A DNA stretch of 64,000 nt, taken from assembly GCA_964016885.1 (NCBI GenBank), contig OZ024741.1, positions 19,530,001 through 19,594,000 on the forward strand, in the 5' to 3' direction. The position numbers and the translations under genes are program-made. This DNA comes from Eledone cirrhosa. Taxonomy: Eukaryota. A model generated the notes under the pieces. That model was not told the DNA's origin. It did not search any database and was given only the letters and a program-made list of their open reading frames with translations. Below are positions 40,362 to 54,555 of this stretch, one piece after another (within the stretch, counting starts at the first letter, position 1; each line of letters opens with the position of its first letter).

Positions 40362-42067
40362 TACAATATATTAATAAATGGAAACTATATTTATAAAACC
40401 ATATTTATTTTATTATATATATTTCAAGGGCAACCAAAGCAAATTATGGTGCGCTTTCATCAGATAAAATACAAATTTGTTTTATAAATAAATATTGACA
40501 TACCCGGAAAAAAGACAACCTTAACGGTTGGCGCTTCCTGGATAGTGCAGATAATATTTTATTGAGGGTGATACAAAGTTATGAGTGAGTATGCAAATGA
40601 GTGTCCGAAAAGTTGAAAAATAACGGTTTATTTAAATTAAACTGTTGGAAGAGGATGATATGTAAGGGAGGGAGAAACAAAGAAAAAAGAAAAGGAAGGA
40701 GAAAGAGAGAAGAGGAAAGAAAGAATGATTATGCATAGTGATATTGAAGAAAGTAAAAATGAATGAAGAAATAAGTTTTAATGGAAAAATATACATAGCG
40801 TAAATATATCTAAGTGAAAGAAGTGAAAGAAGAAATAAGATTAACGTGGAAGAATAATATTTAGAATGTAGGGTTCATTACGTTGTGATTATAATATTTA
40901 TAATGATAGGTTGAAAAATCATATTAAAATTAAAAATTAGAAATCAAAATTAAAGATTAAAATTTGCCTTAATATTAAAGATTTAATTTAATAAGTTAAT
41001 GTTAATATTAAAAATTAAAAAATTAAAAATTAAAAATTAAAATTAAAACAGAAGTATTTATATTATATTAAGATGTATTAGTAATAATATATTGGTTTAG
41101 ATGTGTATGTTAAGGATTATAAATTATTTAAATAAATATATAGTATTTTACATTAGAGAAAATCTAGTATAGTTTATTTTATTAAAGTAAGTTTGGCAAA
41201 ATTATATTTATTAATAGTTGTAAGTCAAAATTTAAACATCCAAATAATTCTAAATTTATGAAAATTTACGAGAGTTTACAAAGGAATAACTACTTAATTA
41301 TATTATAAAAACAGTAAGGAAGTATAAAGGAAGTTAGAAGTGATTTTTTAAGATCTCATGATATATATAGTTAAAACATAAACCATAGGTTATTCCACAT
41401 ATATATAAAAAACCTATATATAAAAATCATATGTTATTCCACATATATATAAATATTTGGATACATATATTAAAAATGTTTGAAGATATAAAAATATTGG
41501 AAGATATGAAAATAATGGCTTTTTTTATTTTTCAAAGGAACTTTCAAAGAATTTTCTAAAACCCTCCGAAAGTTTTTCAAGGAAAATTTTCCTTAAAAGA
41601 ATTTCAAGTAGTCATATAAAAAACGTTAATAATATATTTATGAGTTAGAGATAATAGAAAGTAAATTAAATATATATGAAGGATGATGTTGTAGGTGGTT
41701 GGATATAGAAAACATTATGTAAAAGAGATTAACTATATATTACATTTTATATATATATTTAAAAGTTGAGTTTAAACGATGTTTACAAGAACTGAATAAA
41801 TTATTTCGCAAATTAATAGAGTTCTTAGTATAAAGAATATTTCTTCAACGCAAAGGGATCAATTTTTGGATAGAGCCGTGTATGAAGGAGCTTTGGAGAT
41901 AATTTCCCAAAATAAAGAATAGTTAATATTCTTGGATTTTAAGGATTTTAATAAGTTGGATAGAGAAGTTGAAGATTTTTTACGAATATTCGTAAAGGAA
42001 CATTTATGGTTGTTGAAACGAGAAAATGTTTAAGCTTGTTGAATCCCAACAAATTAAATATAACCTC

Positions 42068-42070
<3 letters not shown>
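40362..42070 (-). mobile_element. Degenerate 5'-truncated Hydra-type PLE; hammerhead at 40407-40470
   Basis: Minus-strand translation ~42025-41765: SRFNNHKCSF..STSLS..LK..WEIISKAPSY..*SLCVEE..CKHRLNSTF. Hammerhead attttat CTGATGA..GAAA tatataTA ataaaat. Inverted tail at 42037-42070. Confidence 0.8.
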
Positions 42071-42138
<68 letters not shown>

Positions 42139-42285
42139 ATACTTTGGGAGGGTCATGTTGCCAATAAGAAACATACGCACCAGATGTTTCACTTCAATTT
42201 ATTATAAATAAAATTTATAAATTTAGGAATTTATAAATTTCCGGTTGGTTGGTTGGTTCCACAACCAGACCATTGTCCATATATT

Positions 42286-42328
42286 GTCAAAGTTCTTTCG
42301 TCACACATTCTGTGACCTCTTCAGTGAC
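42286..42328 (-). ncRNA. Minimal hammerhead in the PLE 3' region
   Basis: gtca CTGAAGA ggtcac agaatgt gtgac GAAA g aa CTT tgac. Confidence 0.7.
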
Positions 42329-42544
42329 TGTGGATTCTTTTCTTTTCTTTTCTTTGTTTTTGTGCCTCTCCTTTGTTCTGTCCTACGCCATCTTGTTTTT
42401 GTGTGTGTTGTGTGTGTTGTGTGCTTAGTTTGCGCATGTGTTACATCCGGGTGTCTGTGTGTGTTTATATTTGTTTATTTATTTGTTTATTTACATGTTA
42501 CTGGTTGGTTGTTTGTTCTGTGTGTGTGTGTTTTCATTTTGTCC

Positions 42545-43270
42545 TTAATTGTAAGTTGTGATGTTGCTGTTCCATTCATGTTTTCTATTTAATTTTGGTT
42601 GGAGTTCATTTATTTTTATTGCTTCTGTGATTTGTTTAAACATTGCGTCTTTTCTGTGTGTAGATTCTATTTTTATTTCTATGTTCTCTAATTTACCCTT
42701 ATGTTCTATTTTAGCATGTTGGTGGAGAACAGATGATTCTTTACTATCTTGAAGCTCTCGCCAGTGTTCATTTATCCGTTCCCCTATACTACGAGCTGTC
42801 TCACTTATGTACACTATATTCTTATCTCTACATTGTCCTTCAGTACATCTTATGCTATATACTACATTTCTAGTTTTACAGTTAATATGGGGGCTTAATT
42901 TACAGATTATACATTTCTTATCTATACAGGGAGGTCTTTGAAAAGGGTATGTATTGCTAATAAGTGTTTTTATGGAGGTACCTGGTCTTTCTACTATCTT
43001 AATATTGAGTTTATGTTTATTTAGGGCCCTTCTAAATTTGTAAGCTAATTCACCTCTAGGGGTTGTATCGATGAACATTACACTCTGGTATGTATTGCTT
43101 TCATACCATGAGTTTATTTTATTAACCTTATTCCTAGTTCTTTCTATTCTATTCCAAAATTTGCTCCTATACAAGGGGCAGGTCCCATTATTTACCATTT
43201 TTTCCCATTTGATTCTGGCTCCTCTATATACTCTGATTTTATCTCTCTGATTGTAACCAGAGAACTGCAT
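42545..43270 (-). CDS. C-terminal thumb/linker/GIY-YIG fragment of a Nematis/Neptune-type PLE (element 42132-43338)
   Basis: SGY..PLYR..VMFIDTTP..KIVERPG..Cx4CxxC..C..VVY..C..C..YISET.RS..R..EH..EA..LNRKHEW. Confidence 0.85.
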   Translation of the reverse strand: MQFSGYNQRDKIRVYRGARIKWEKMVNNGTCPLYRSKFWNRIERTRNKVNKINSWYESNTYQSVMFIDTTPRGELAYKFRRALNKHKLNIKIVERPGTSIKTLISNTYPFQRPPCIDKKCIICKLSPHINCKTRNVVYSIRCTEGQCRDKNIVYISETARSIGERINEHWRELQDSKESSVLHQHAKIEHKGKLENIEIKIESTHRKDAMFKQITEAIKINELQPKLNRKHEWNSNITTYN

Positions 43271-43337
43271 ACGGTGGATGAAGTGTTGTATGTGTCTCTC
43301 TAGTTAAAGAATCTTGCTAAACAAATTCAGAAACGAA

Positions 43338-43368
<31 letters not shown>

Positions 43369-43516
43369 CAAATATAATTGATATCAGAACGAAATTATTT
43401 CTACAAGACTGGTCTTGAAGAGATTTCTATCTGAAATAAATTATCTCCCTTCTCTGCTTCGTATGTTGAGTAACCTATTTAAATGTGGTCTGCTTCTGTT
43501 CACATAGGAGAACACT

Positions 43517-43660
<144 letters not shown>

Positions 43661-43880
43661 GTGGGGAGAGAATGTAGATGCCAAGTCTTTGTTGAAAGAT
43701 CTATTCAGTGTTTATCATCCAGCACACATCATGCCTGAGGTAGAACAGCTGGTGCTGTATGTGGATATGGTAATTATATACACATACACATATGTACAAA
43801 TGAACAGAGAACAAAAAACAGAGAGGCAGTACAAATCGTATGGTTTTTAGTTTCACGCTTGAGAGTGGGAGGTGGGGGGC

Positions 43881-43908
43881 GACGTTTCGGGCATAAGCCC
43901 TTCAGGAG
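43881..43908 (-). ncRNA. Defective Penelope-type minimal hammerhead
   Basis: CTGAA gggc ttat gccc GAAACGTC; part of the core is missing. Confidence 0.45.
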
Positions 43909-44242
43909 AACAGTGGGTAGGAAAAGAGTTCCGAGGGTGTGTGGGGGAGTGGTGGAAAGACATTTTATAAAAAGCGAGGGGGGGGGGGCAATTTACATAT
44001 ATAAACATATATTACATATATCCATAAATATAAATATATATATATATAATCTATATGTATATATACAGATATGCATATATGTATATATATATACATATAT
44101 AGATTATACATATACATATCTATAAATATGTATATGCACACACACACACACATATATATATATAGAGAGAGAGATTACACACATATATGTCTATAAATAT
44201 GCACACACACACATATATACATATATATAAATGTTCCCCATG

Positions 44243-44312
<70 letters not shown>

Positions 44313-44316
44313 TGAT

Positions 44317-44377
<61 letters not shown>

Positions 44378-44550
44378 AGTGTGTGTACGCATGTGTGCAT
44401 ATACACACATGTTTGCATGAAATCGGGAGTAGTAATACATTGCTTATAGACATGTTGCATTCAAAATACAACACTCTTCTGGTTTTATATTTTCAGCACT
44501 ATTTTGTTTTTGTATGATCCAGAGGTGTTGATGGATTTACGTAAATAATA

Positions 44551-44584
<34 letters not shown>

Positions 44585-44698
44585 GTATTAAGGAATATAC
44601 CTAGGGCCTTCTTCTCACTACTAGATAAAAACTTCCCTCTAGGACACAAGTACCATAACCTTTTAAACAAAAACACTATTAAAATATCATACTCTACG

Positions 44699-45385
44699 AT
44701 GCCTAGCATAGCATACCACATAGCTAGTAGCAATAAAAGAAAAATTAATTCTTACTTCCAACAAACGAAATCGCAACAGGGGGTAAACCTCCAAAATAAC
44801 TCTGTAGCAAGTAACCCTAATAACGGCAGTAATAATAGTAATAGCACTAGTATAAGCAATAACACCGGGGACGACAACCCCCATATCCAAAACCATATAG
44901 CTACCACCCGGACTTCTGCACAGCATTATAACCAGCAGACTAACACCCAGAATAATTGTAACTGTAGAGCAAATAGAACCTGCCCTTTAGATAAAAAATG
45001 CTTAATCAAGGATATCATATACTCATGCACCGTCACAACTAGCAACTCTTCAGAAACCTATGTAGGCTCCACTTCTAACTGCTTCAAAACCAGGTATAAT
45101 TCGCACATCCACTCGTTCAAAAAACACAGTCTAGCCAACTCCACCTCACTATCTAGCTACATACACTATCTAAAAACTAAAAATAAATCTTGCACACTCA
45201 AATGGGAAGTGATAGGTAGCGCGACTTCGTACAAATCACCTAATAAATTTTGTAACCTCTGTCTACTAGAGACCCACACTATTATCTTCTCTAACCATAA
45301 CCTACTTAATAAAAAATCTGAAGTGTTCGCAACTTGCCAGCACCGCCTCAAACATTCCTTCCAAAACTTTAAGCCCAATATATAG
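44699..45385 (+). CDS. GIY-YIG endonuclease fragment of another Hydra-type PLE (element ~44585-46912; frame open upstream of the ATG)
   Basis: CNCRANRTCPLDKKC, IIY..YVG, FKTRYNSH..SF, STSLS, WEVI, CNLCLLE, LNKKSE..CQH; hammerhead-like motif at 46830-46875. Confidence 0.88.
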   Translation: MPSIAYHIASSNKRKINSYFQQTKSQQGVNLQNNSVASNPNNGSNNSNSTSISNNTGDDNPHIQNHIATTRTSAQHYNQQTNTQNNCNCRANRTCPLDKKCLIKDIIYSCTVTTSNSSETYVGSTSNCFKTRYNSHIHSFKKHSLANSTSLSSYIHYLKTKNKSCTLKWEVIGSATSYKSPNKFCNLCLLETHTIIFSNHNLLNKKSEVFATCQHRLKHSFQNFKPNI

Positions 45386-46910
45386 CAATGTCAGACTTGA
45401 ACCAGGCACCACTTCTAGCATCAAACACCAAGGGCACACCTTATACCACATCCCCACACTCATTGATCCAATATAACACTAATAGGGACATCCCTCTAGA
45501 ACCCTTCACAGTAAGAATACCCCTTTGTACTTCTACTTTGGGTGTGACTGCATCCAGTTGCTTGAACTGCACTACACCACTTTATAATTAATGTAAAATT
45601 TAAGCATGGAATTGATTGTATTGTTGGTGCTCTGCGGGTGAAGTGCCATCGTTGGATAAATGGAAGACTAATTAATCTAGTAACGTTGATGAGCTGTATA
45701 ACCTATTTGCTGAGTGCAGTGAATGTATTGCAAGTGGCGTATGTGTTGTACATATATGTATGAATTGATGGTCAGATTAGTGACATGAGGAGTGTAGACT
45801 GACCTCTGATCTACCCTAGTGATAGTTAACTTTCGACATCCAATATAACATGCACTGACCCAGAGCTTACCAGGGATTATTATATATTGAAGTGATTCTA
45901 TAATCACCCTGCCAGGCTCTATGAGTAGACTACAATCACAATGATCATTGATTTAGAAATCCCGCTCAACGTGTAAAAGATTCAATTGTGACACTCTGTG
46001 ATGGAGGATGATCACCCTAGTATGAATACCTTTAATACTGCTTGATAGACTACATTATAGTTAAGAAACTTTAAATTTTTAGAAACTGTGTATAACCATA
46101 GAAGTTAGGGACTATTTTGAGACACCATTTAATAGTTAGTCATAGAAACCACTGAGTTACCTCCCCTCACGCATTAACTCCCCTTAGTCACACACACACT
46201 TCCGGAAAATATTCGATGTCGATTCTCGCAACGTAACAACCTGCTGTATTGAGCTAAAGACCAACAAACTACGATTCTCTAACAAGATCGTCAAACGCCC
46301 AATATCGAATCGTCGTAGATTATGTGAGGGGCATATAATCTGAATAATACGCTACCCGGAGTGTGAAATTGATGCTGTGCATGAAATCCATATCATCGCT
46401 TTGCTACGCATTACCAATATTTTTAATGCTTATATTATTTCTCCACGCACAGGCTATAACAATCATATAAAGGATTCATTACCAGTTCAACCCCCCTAAC
46501 ACACTTGATCACCTGTTTAAGTGCTTCTATTACATGTAACACACTGCCACACTATAGCATTATATAAACAAGACGCACGTGCTTGCCACACGTGTAACTA
46601 TTGCACTCAATAACTGCTTACGACTATCCTATCGCATTAATTTCATGTTGTATTTTAACCTGTATTTTTGATTTTATCCCCTTTTAATATGAATGTAACC
46701 TCTAAATGTATACTGCCACACTAAATGCTGTAATGGATGTCGACCCACCAAGCAACAATGTTTGCATATGTATCTGTATGTCTCTTGGGTTGAAAAGGAG
46801 GTCATATAAGTGTTCATTCATTAATAAATTGCTCTGAAGAATCAAACCTCCGTTTGGAGGAAACAGTTGTAAACATAAAAATGTTTTGAACAGATCTTTG
46901 ATTCTTATAA

Positions 46911-46974
<64 letters not shown>

Positions 46975-46994
46975 TGGGAGTGGGTATTTGTATG

Positions 46995-47051
<57 letters not shown>

Positions 47052-47153
47052 CATTGACCTATCATCAACATTTCATATTTTATATATATATATATATATA
47101 TATAAAATATGAAATGTTGATGATAGGTCAATGAACTTGTCTACTCCAAACAA

Positions 47154-47239
<86 letters not shown>

Positions 47240-47504
47240 TACCTTGATATGAAACATAAACCTAAAGTTTATGTTTCATATATGTTTATACAGCAACATA
47301 CACATACACACGTACACACTCGCACACACATGCTTAAAAGCACACGCACACAATCCCCCCTTCCCCCACACATATATATAGACACATAGTGTTCCAAATA
47401 AAAGTATATTTATATATTACCATTTGAATACACACACGTGTCTGTGTATATATAGAGAGAGTGATGCTAGAGTTTCAACTCTTCTTAACTGAATTCGTTC
47501 TTTC

Positions 47505-47544
47505 CTTTAATCGATTTCGGACCTAACAGACCCTCATCAGGAGA
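47505..47544 (-). ncRNA. Minimal hammerhead
   Basis: CTGATGA gggtct gtt aggtcc GAAA tcga TT; stem I weak. Confidence 0.55.
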
Positions 47545-47713
47545 TGTGTTGGTTATCATCCAATCAGCCACAAGGAGACATGTATCTCATGGCTATATCT
47601 ATATCAAATCGTTCTGAGTATTATTCTGAAATGGATGTACTAATTTGCATATAATTAGCGCCCGTGCTGGTAGTTAATTAAGATATATATTAAGTAGTAC
47701 GCTAGCAGCCGAA

Positions 47714-47773
<60 letters not shown>

Positions 47774-47804
47774 ACACACAGATATATATATATATATATA
47801 CGGC

Positions 47805-47845
<41 letters not shown>

Positions 47846-47882
47846 TGTAGATAAGTAGATAATTGGCTAGATAGATAGATAA

Positions 47883-48012
<130 letters not shown>

Positions 48013-48013
48013 G

Positions 48014-48077
<64 letters not shown>

Positions 48078-48079
48078 TA

Positions 48080-50670
48080 TTTCTTTTATTTGCCACTAGG
48101 GCATCAAAAGTGGGACAAGTACAAAGGGGGGAGTTTACACAAAAAGGCGTCCTCAATAAGGAGGAGGCAATAACAAAATATAAAAATAAAATAAGATATA
48201 ACAAAAAATAAAATTTTTAACAAAATCCTCAATAGAGAGGAGGCGCCTTGGGGGGTCGCACACACCCCCGAAAAAAGTGTGCAACCCTTCTCCTCAGGAG
48301 CACAGAGAAGGGGGTGCTCCCTTGGTCTTTCATCTTCCTCACCTATAGTCTGATGTAGAGTGAAGGCCCATTCACACGGGCCATTCTCGCCACTTTCACC
48401 CATCTTTCATAGAAACGGCTGGGGTGCAGCACCTCTCTCTCCATCCTGATCCTTCTTCCGAAATGATATCGGAAGAAACGGACCAGTTGTTGGCCAGAGA
48501 GAAAGGTGCCCGACCTCAGTCCTTTCAGACGCGTCCACCATACAACCTCTTTCGCCATGGCTATTACGCACAGAAACACCGCCTCTGCTTCATCTTTGAA
48601 GGGGGGAGGCGGCTTGATCATTACAATAGACTCGGTGGTCAACCGGATCGGTCCCACCCTTGACAGCAGTTGTTCGACATAGCCCCACAGATCGGCTACG
48701 CCCGAGCAGTGTACTAATGCGTGTGCAACGGTTTCCTCGTCGCACACGCATCTGGGACAGATCTTTTTGGCGGGGTCCCTACCCGGGCGCCCGTGTCTGT
48801 AGAGCCTTTCTCGAACGGGTAAAGCCCCTCGGTAGCACTGCCAGGCCAGGGACTTCTGGAAGTTGTCCATAGGTCCCGGGCTGAATGTCCTACCGAACAG
48901 GCTGGCCAGTTCGTCCTCCTCCATGTCTAGGGCTTCTCCGAGGGCGTCGTCGCACCTGCTGCGTACCAGCCCTCTATAGAATGTTGCGGTGGAGTCTCCA
49001 CTGATAACCGGCATCCCCAGCCCTCCTTTCGAAGGGTGTTGACAGCAGATGGATCTCCTCACCATAGGAGCCCGCCTCTTCCAAAGGAATTGGAAGAGCG
49101 CGCGCTCCATCTTGGTGAGGGTTTCCCTTGGGCAGGGCACTACGGTCAGGCGGTAGTAGATGACGGACGCTATGTAGGTGTTCGCCACCTCCGCCCGACC
49201 TTTCAGGGATAGTTTGCAACTGGCCCACTTCTGGGTCAGTGCAAACACCCTGTTCGTAACCTCCGCCCAGTTTTTCTCCACCTGGAGGTCCGGTCCGAAC
49301 CAGACCCCGAGCAACTTCACCGGGCCCTCCGTCCAGCGTCCGACGACGCTATCGGAGGGCATCGGTCTGCCCCTCCACGTGCCGAGTTGCAAACCGATCG
49401 ACTTGTCCCGGTTCAGCTTAGCCCCTGTGAACTTTTCGTACTCCTCCAGTAAGGTGCCGACCGCCTCGATTTCGGAGGCCGTCGACACCATTACTGTCAC
49501 GTCATCGGCGTAGGCCGACACCGCTTTCCGCAATCCCGGTTCCAAAGGGATGCCCTGCAACAACTCCAACTTCCGCAGTAGTGGTTCGAGAGTCAACACA
49601 TACAGAAGGGAGGAGAGAGGGCACCCTTGTCGGATGGACCGCGCGATTTTGAACGGCTCCGAGAGGTAGCCGTTCACCTTGACCCTAGAGCAGATGCGGC
49701 TGCTGTGCATAGCAGTGATCCAGCCCCTGAAAACGGGTCCGAAGCCTGCCGCCGCTAGCACCGCATCCAGGTAACCATGGTCGACCCTATCGAACGCCTT
49801 AGATTGATCCAAGTTGATCAGAGCCCCACCAAAGCCGGGTTCGTTCCCAACCCTCTCTATGATGTATCGCATGAGGTGGAGGTTGTCATGGATGGACCTG
49901 GACGGGATAGCGCATGTCTGCGCATCTCCCACCAGGTTGCCCACGACAAGCGCCAACCTCTTTGCTAGCACCTTGGCCAAAATCTGTAACTCTGTATTTA
50001 GCAGTGTTATGGGCCTGAAGTTACTTATTTCGTCCCCCTTGTTCTCGTCCTTCCTCACTAGCGTGACTACGCCCTTGGTCACAGTACAGGGAATTCTCCC
50101 GTTCTGTTGCCAGTTGCAGTAGACCGCCTCGAGGAGATCGGGGAACAAGTCCGGCATAGCTAGATATAATTCGTAAGGAAGACCATCGAGACCCGGGGAT
50201 TTGCGTTTGCCGCATTGGCTCAGCACGTCCTCTATCTCAGCGGCCGAAATCGGCTCCTCGCAGGACTTCGCCTCCCTGTCCGAGAGGCGCGGCAGGCCGT
50301 CGAGGTATGGACCGAAGTCCACGTTCCCAACCGGCTCCCCGCCCCTCCCGAACAGTCGGGCAAAGTGCCTTTGAAAGGCCTCACACATCTGCTTAGGCTC
50401 AAGAATCGCCGGTCCATCCAGGTCTCGCAAAGACCGGATGGTGGATTTAGTTCCACTGTTGGCCTCTGTCACGCGGGCCCAGCTAACAGCTTTGGTCCCC
50501 TCGTTCCCTAGAGCACGTATTTTACTTCGGACAACGCAGCCTTCGTGCTTCGCGTCGAAAAACTGGCTCAAAGCCGTTCTCGACGCTAGCACTCTGGCCA
50601 CGTCGCCGCTTCTAATTGCCTCTTCTACTCTATCTATTAGCTCCCTTTCGTTCCTATTCCTATCCGCAGC

Positions 50671-50674
<4 letters not shown>
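48080..50674 (-). mobile_element. Tx1-like LINE copy 3, 5'-truncated, with a 213-bp in-frame internal deletion
   Basis: Matches copy 1 from ~521; (GATA)n on both sides; junction GGLGMP/VISGD at ~49010. Confidence 0.95.
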
Positions 50675-50769
<95 letters not shown>

Positions 50770-50770
50770 G

Positions 50771-50876
<106 letters not shown>

Positions 50877-50877
50877 T

Positions 50878-53177
50878 GTTTCTTTTATTTGCCACTAGGG
50901 CATCAAAAGTGGGACAAGTACAAAGGGGGGAGTTTACACAAAAAGGCGTCCTCAATAAGGAGGAGGCAATAACAAAATATAAAAATAAAATAAGATATAA
51001 CAAAAAATAAAATTTTTAACAAAATCCTCAATAGAGAGGAGGCGCCTTGGGGGGTCGCACACACCCCCGAAAAAAGTGTGCAACCCTTCTCCTCAGGAGC
51101 ACAGAGAAGGGGTGCTCCCTTGGTCTTTCATCTTCCTCACCTATAGTCTGATGTAGAGTGAAGGCCCATTCACACGGGCCATTCTCGCCACTTTCACCCA
51201 TCTTTCATAGAAACGGCTGGGGTGCAGCACCTCTCTCTCCATCCTGATCCTTCTTCCGAAATGATATCGGAAGAAACGGACCAGTTGTTGGCCAGAGAGA
51301 AAGGTGCCTGACCTCAGTCCTTTCAGACGCGTCCACCATACAACCTCTTTCGCCATGGCTATTACGCACAGAAACACCGCCTCTGCATCATCTTTGAAGG
51401 GGGGAGGCGGCTTGATCATTACAATAGACTCGGTGGTCAACCGGATCGGTCCCACCCTTGACAGCAGTTGTTCGACATAGCCCCACAGATCGGCTACGCC
51501 CGAGCAGTGTACCAATGCGTGTGCAACGGTTTCCTCGTCGCACACGCATCTGGGACAGATCTTTTTGGCGGGGTCCCTACCCGGGCGCCCGTGTCTGTAG
51601 AGCCTTTCTCGAACGGGTAAAGCCCCTCGGTAGCACTGCCAGGCCAGGGACTTCTGGAAGTTGTCCATAGGTCCCGGGCTGAATGTCCTACCGAACAGGC
51701 TGGCCAGTTCGTCCTCCTCCATGTCTAGGGCTTCTCCGAGGGCGTCGTCGCACCTGCTGCGTACCAGCCCTCTATAGAATGTTGCGGTGGAGTCTCCACT
51801 GATAACCGGATCCGCCTGCCAGAGGGCGGTGAGCGCCTGGGCACACTCAGTGTGCCAGGCGCCCAGTTTTCTCGGTCTTTGCTTGACCCAGGATTGCAGC
51901 TCGGTGAGTGAGACGAGTCTGGGAAAGGTTCGTCTCACAAACGAGGCCCACACCGGTTGTCCGGTGAGGAATACGTAGAGGTGCCGTAGCCTTAATGCGT
52001 GTTTACGCATCATTAGCCACGGCATCCCCAGCCCTCCTTTCGAAGGGTGTTGACAGCAGATGGATCTCCTCACCATAGGAGCCCGCCTCTTCCAAAGGAA
52101 TTGGAAGAGCGCGCGCTCCATCTTGGTGAGGGTTTCCCTTGGGCAGGGCACTACGGTCAGGCGGTAGTAGATGACGGACGCTATGTAGGTGTTCGCCACC
52201 TCCGCCCGACCTTTCAGGGATAGTTTGCAACTGGCCCACTTCTGGGTCAGTGCAAACACCCTGTTCGTAACCTCCGCCCAGTTTTTCTCCACCTGGAGGT
52301 CCGGTCCGAACCAGACCCCGAGCAACTTCACCGGGCCCTCCGTCCAGCGTCCGACGACGCCATCGGAGAGCATCGGTCTGCCCCTCCACGTGCCGAGTTG
52401 CAAACCGATCGACTTGTCCCGGTTCAGCTTAGCCCCTGTGAACTTTTCGTACTCCTCCAGTAAGGTGCCGACCGCCTCGATTTCGGAGGCCGTCGACACC
52501 ATTACTGTCACGTCATCGGCGTAGGCCGACACCGCTTTCCGCAATCCCGGTTCCAAAGGGATGCCCTGCAACAACTCCAACTTCCGCAGTAGTGGCTCTA
52601 GAGTCAACACATACAGAAGGGAGGAGAGAGGGCACCCTTGTCGGATGGACCGCGCGATTTTGAACGGCTCCGAGAGGTAGCCGTTCACCTTGACCCTAGA
52701 GCAGATGCGGCTGCTGTGCATAGCAGTGATCCAGCCCCTGAAAACGGGTCCGAAGCCTGCCGCCGCTAGCACCGCATCCAGGTAACCATGGTCGACCCTA
52801 TCGAACGCCTTAGATTGATCCAAGTTGATCAGAGCCCCACCAAAGCCGGGTTCGTTCCCAACCCTCTCTATGATGTATCGCATGAGGTGGAGGTTGTCAT
52901 GGATGGACCTGGACGGGATAGCGCATGTCTGCGCATCTCCCACCAGGTTGCCCACGACAAGCGCCAACCTCTTTGCTAGCACCTTGGCCAAAATCTGTAA
53001 CTCTGTATTTAGCAGTGTTATGGGCCTGAAGTTACTTATTTCGTCCCCCTTGTTCTCGTCCTTCCTCACTAGCGTGACTACGCCCTTGGTCACAGTACAG
53101 GGAATTCTCCCGTTCTGTTGCCAGTTGCAGTAGACCGCCTCGAGGAGATCGGGGAACAAGTCCGGCATAGCTAGATA
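50878..53177 (-). mobile_element. Tx1-like LINE copy 4, 5'-truncated (RT ORF 51141-53168)
   Basis: Matches copy 1 from ~1029; (GATA)n on both sides. Confidence 0.95.
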
Positions 53178-53193
53178 GATAGATAGATAGATG

Positions 53194-53244
<51 letters not shown>

Positions 53245-53461
53245 GGATGGATTGGTAGGTAGGTGGGTAAACAGGTGGGAGTTGACAGATAGAGAAACAG
53301 ATTGACAGATATATATAAACAAATAGACAGACAGACGTACAGACAGACAGGTCGACAGATAGACAGACAGACAGACAGACGTATTTGTTGTCTGAAAATA
53401 GATACTTAGGCTGGTAACTGTAGATAGCTGCCCGATTGACTACTGGCCCTCTTGTTGGTAC

Positions 53462-53531
<70 letters not shown>

Positions 53532-53635
53532 TGGGGGAGGGGGGAGAGAGAGAGGGGAAAACGAGAAAGAGAGGAGATAAGTTAGAAGATATTAATTTAC
53601 CATTTCCTGAACAAATGTAGCACAAACTGGGCACT

Positions 53636-53935
53636 CTTCTTCTTCTTCTTCTTCTTCTTCTTCTTCTTCTTCTTCTTCTTCTTCTTCTTCTTCTTCTTCC
53701 CTTTATTCCTGGGAGGATCGTGGGAGCGGAGTCCTCCATCATGTCTTCCAGCGGTTCCTATCAGAAGCAACTGTCTCCAGTTGATCCGACTCACGGATGT
53801 TATCCAACCATTTTGCTCAGGATCAACCCCTGGGTCTCTTTCGCTTTGTTTTCCCAGCAGAATCTGTCCAGTGATTCTTTCCTGAGACATTCTAACCACA
53901 TGTCCATAATATCGGAGCTATGATCTCTCTATTCT
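53636..53935 (-). mobile_element. RTE LINE 3' fragment with a (GAA)n tail
   Basis: Similar to 12090-12357 (RMSQERI); (TTC)n on the plus strand. Confidence 0.7.
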
Positions 53936-54409
53936 GGAGTGACTCTTTGAACTCCGTGCTACGCACTCAATCAAGTAGCCCACGCACAGACACACGCACA
54001 TACATACATACATACACCCACACAACACACTCTCTCTCACACACACACACACACACTCACATATATATATATATATATATCGAGAGAGAGAGAGTGACAG
54101 AAAATGAATAAAAAAATAACCAGGATTAAATTACATTAAATTATTGAATTGATTTACAAATGTTTCAATCAATAAATCATTAAAATACATTTCTGCTGTA
54201 TTGATTTCTTCAGAATCTATTAAATAACATAAAGATTAAACTCTGAACTTTCTTTTACATATCTTGCTGTGGACTCTTCAATCACATTTGAGCTTTGAAT
54301 TATTGTTTGCCTTTATATGGTTGTATTATCATATATATATTCATTTTATTAAGGCTAAATAGTAAGTCTTGTTGTTTATTAATACTGTGTCTGCTATTGA
54401 AAGGTCAGT

Positions 54410-54459
54410 TCTTGTCTGATGACCCTGTGATAAACAGGCGAAACTCCAGAATAACAAGA
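54410..54459 (+). ncRNA. Type I hammerhead inside a small inverted repeat (54349-54477)
   Basis: tcttgt CTGATGA ccctg tgataaa caggc GAAA ctc ca gaa TA acaaga. Confidence 0.72.
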
Positions 54460-54555
54460 CTCACTATTTAACCTTAACAAAACAAATATTAAAACCCTAC
54501 TTCGGAATTAAGTACTTTCTTCTTGCAGCTGTCAACCAGATATAGGTATATATAT

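Noticed and set aside
47160-47238. (CT)n-(TA)n-(AG)n palindrome
   Set aside because: Low-complexity symmetry that cannot be distinguished from microsatellite coincidence.
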